NCBI GenBank assembly: GCA_973895155.1
Contig: OZ316893.1
Span: 5,532,171-5,596,170 of the forward strand
Direction of reading: 5' to 3'
Source: Marsupella aquatica
Taxonomy: Eukaryota > Plantae > Marchantiophyta
Length of the DNA: 64,000 nt
Position 1 is the stretch's first letter; the number at the start of each line of letters is the position of its first letter. The notes under the pieces were generated by a model, which worked only from the letters and a program-made list of their open reading frames with translations, was not told where the DNA came from and searched no databases. Positions 63,317 to 64,000 of this stretch are shown here, one piece after another. The translations under genes were made by a program, and so were the position numbers.

Positions 63317-64000
63317 CAATTAACTTCATCATCGGAAGTGGGCCCAGCAGCAGACGAACCTCCTAATACTGAGGCTAATAGGGATTTACACCATGATATG
63401 GGAGTGTCAGCTACCCTTGAGCCATTTGCACCAGAAGTATCCAAACTTGGACTTCAGCCGGCAAACCTCATGGATGGAATTGTGGATCCAAAAGCTTGTC
63501 AGAAAATCGAAATTGAGCCAGGCAAGTTTTTGAATATTGGTAAGCATATCGAAGGAGAGCTACGGGAACAGTATATCAGTTTATTAACCCAGTATAAAGA
63601 TGTCTTTGCCTGGAGTCATTCTGATTTAAAAGGTATCCATCCACATTTGGGCGAACATCGTATTGACCTTATGGAAGGAGCAGTACCTGTCCGACAGAGA
63701 CAGTACCGTTTGAATCCCAAATATTCCATCCTGGTTAAAGACGAGTTGGACAAGCTCACGACTGCTGGATTTATCTACCCGGTCTTGAGTAGTGAATGGG
63801 TCTCACCAATTGTCATTGTCCCCAAAAAGCCGGGACCCGATGGTAAAACGAAAATTCGCGTTTGTCAAGACTTCCGGAAGTTGAATGCTGCCACTCGGAA
63901 AGATCATTATCCTTTGCCATTTATTGATCTGGTACTTGATTCAGTGGCCTTGCATGAGTTATACAGTTTTTTAGATGGGTACTCTGGTTATAACCAGGTG
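63317..64000 (+). CDS. pol: Gypsy pol (RT N-terminus), partial, in frame after a single TGA
   Basis: 228 open codons: YKDVFAWSHSDLKGI, EHRIDL, PVRQRQYRLNP, SEWVSPIVIVPKK, RVCQDFRKLNAATRKDHYPLPFID and FLDGYSGYNQ. Confidence 0.93.

Larger units (their letters stand above)
57683..64000 (+). mobile_element. Ty3/gypsy LTR retrotransposon, non-chromovirus (Athila/Tat-like) type, 5' part; runs off the window
   Basis: Putative 5' LTR, PBS, Gag-PR ORF, then RT. Confidence 0.92.

Overview
This is eukaryotic land-plant nuclear DNA; a non-seed plant such as a bryophyte or lycophyte is a guess from the transposon types, not established. The left half carries four recognisable genes among many decayed repeats: an intronless DUF569 gene (+), a 4-exon group-E-like bZIP with a degenerate basic region (+), a frameshifted intronless PIG-H homologue (-) and a 3-exon CCR-like/SNL6-like reductase (+). 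It also holds several 5'-truncated LINE tails with target-site duplications (TSDs), a tRNA-derived SINE, a MITE and a cluster of miRNA-like hairpins. The right half is a transposon nest. It contains a complete young Ty1/copia element (421-bp LTRs, GGATT TSD, 7x GTAC array in U3), a pogo/DDE_1 remnant, a minus-strand gene built from three tandem FCP1/NIF-like domains, and the 5' part of a non-chromovirus Ty3/gypsy element. The FCP1 gene is interrupted by a 295-bp MITE and truncated by the gypsy LTR. The strongest signals are: (1) the gypsy Gag-protease ORF ends in TGA-CAA-TTA, an exact CARYYA readthrough context in frame with RT; (2) a CpG-rich spaced palindrome, CACGCG-N6-CGCGTCA, occurs in both predicted introns and the 3' flank of the FCP1-repeat gene, and the adjacent gypsy carries about 10 palindromes with the same GACGC-N8-GCGT geometry. 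All family assignments come from motif recognition by eye; no database search was run.
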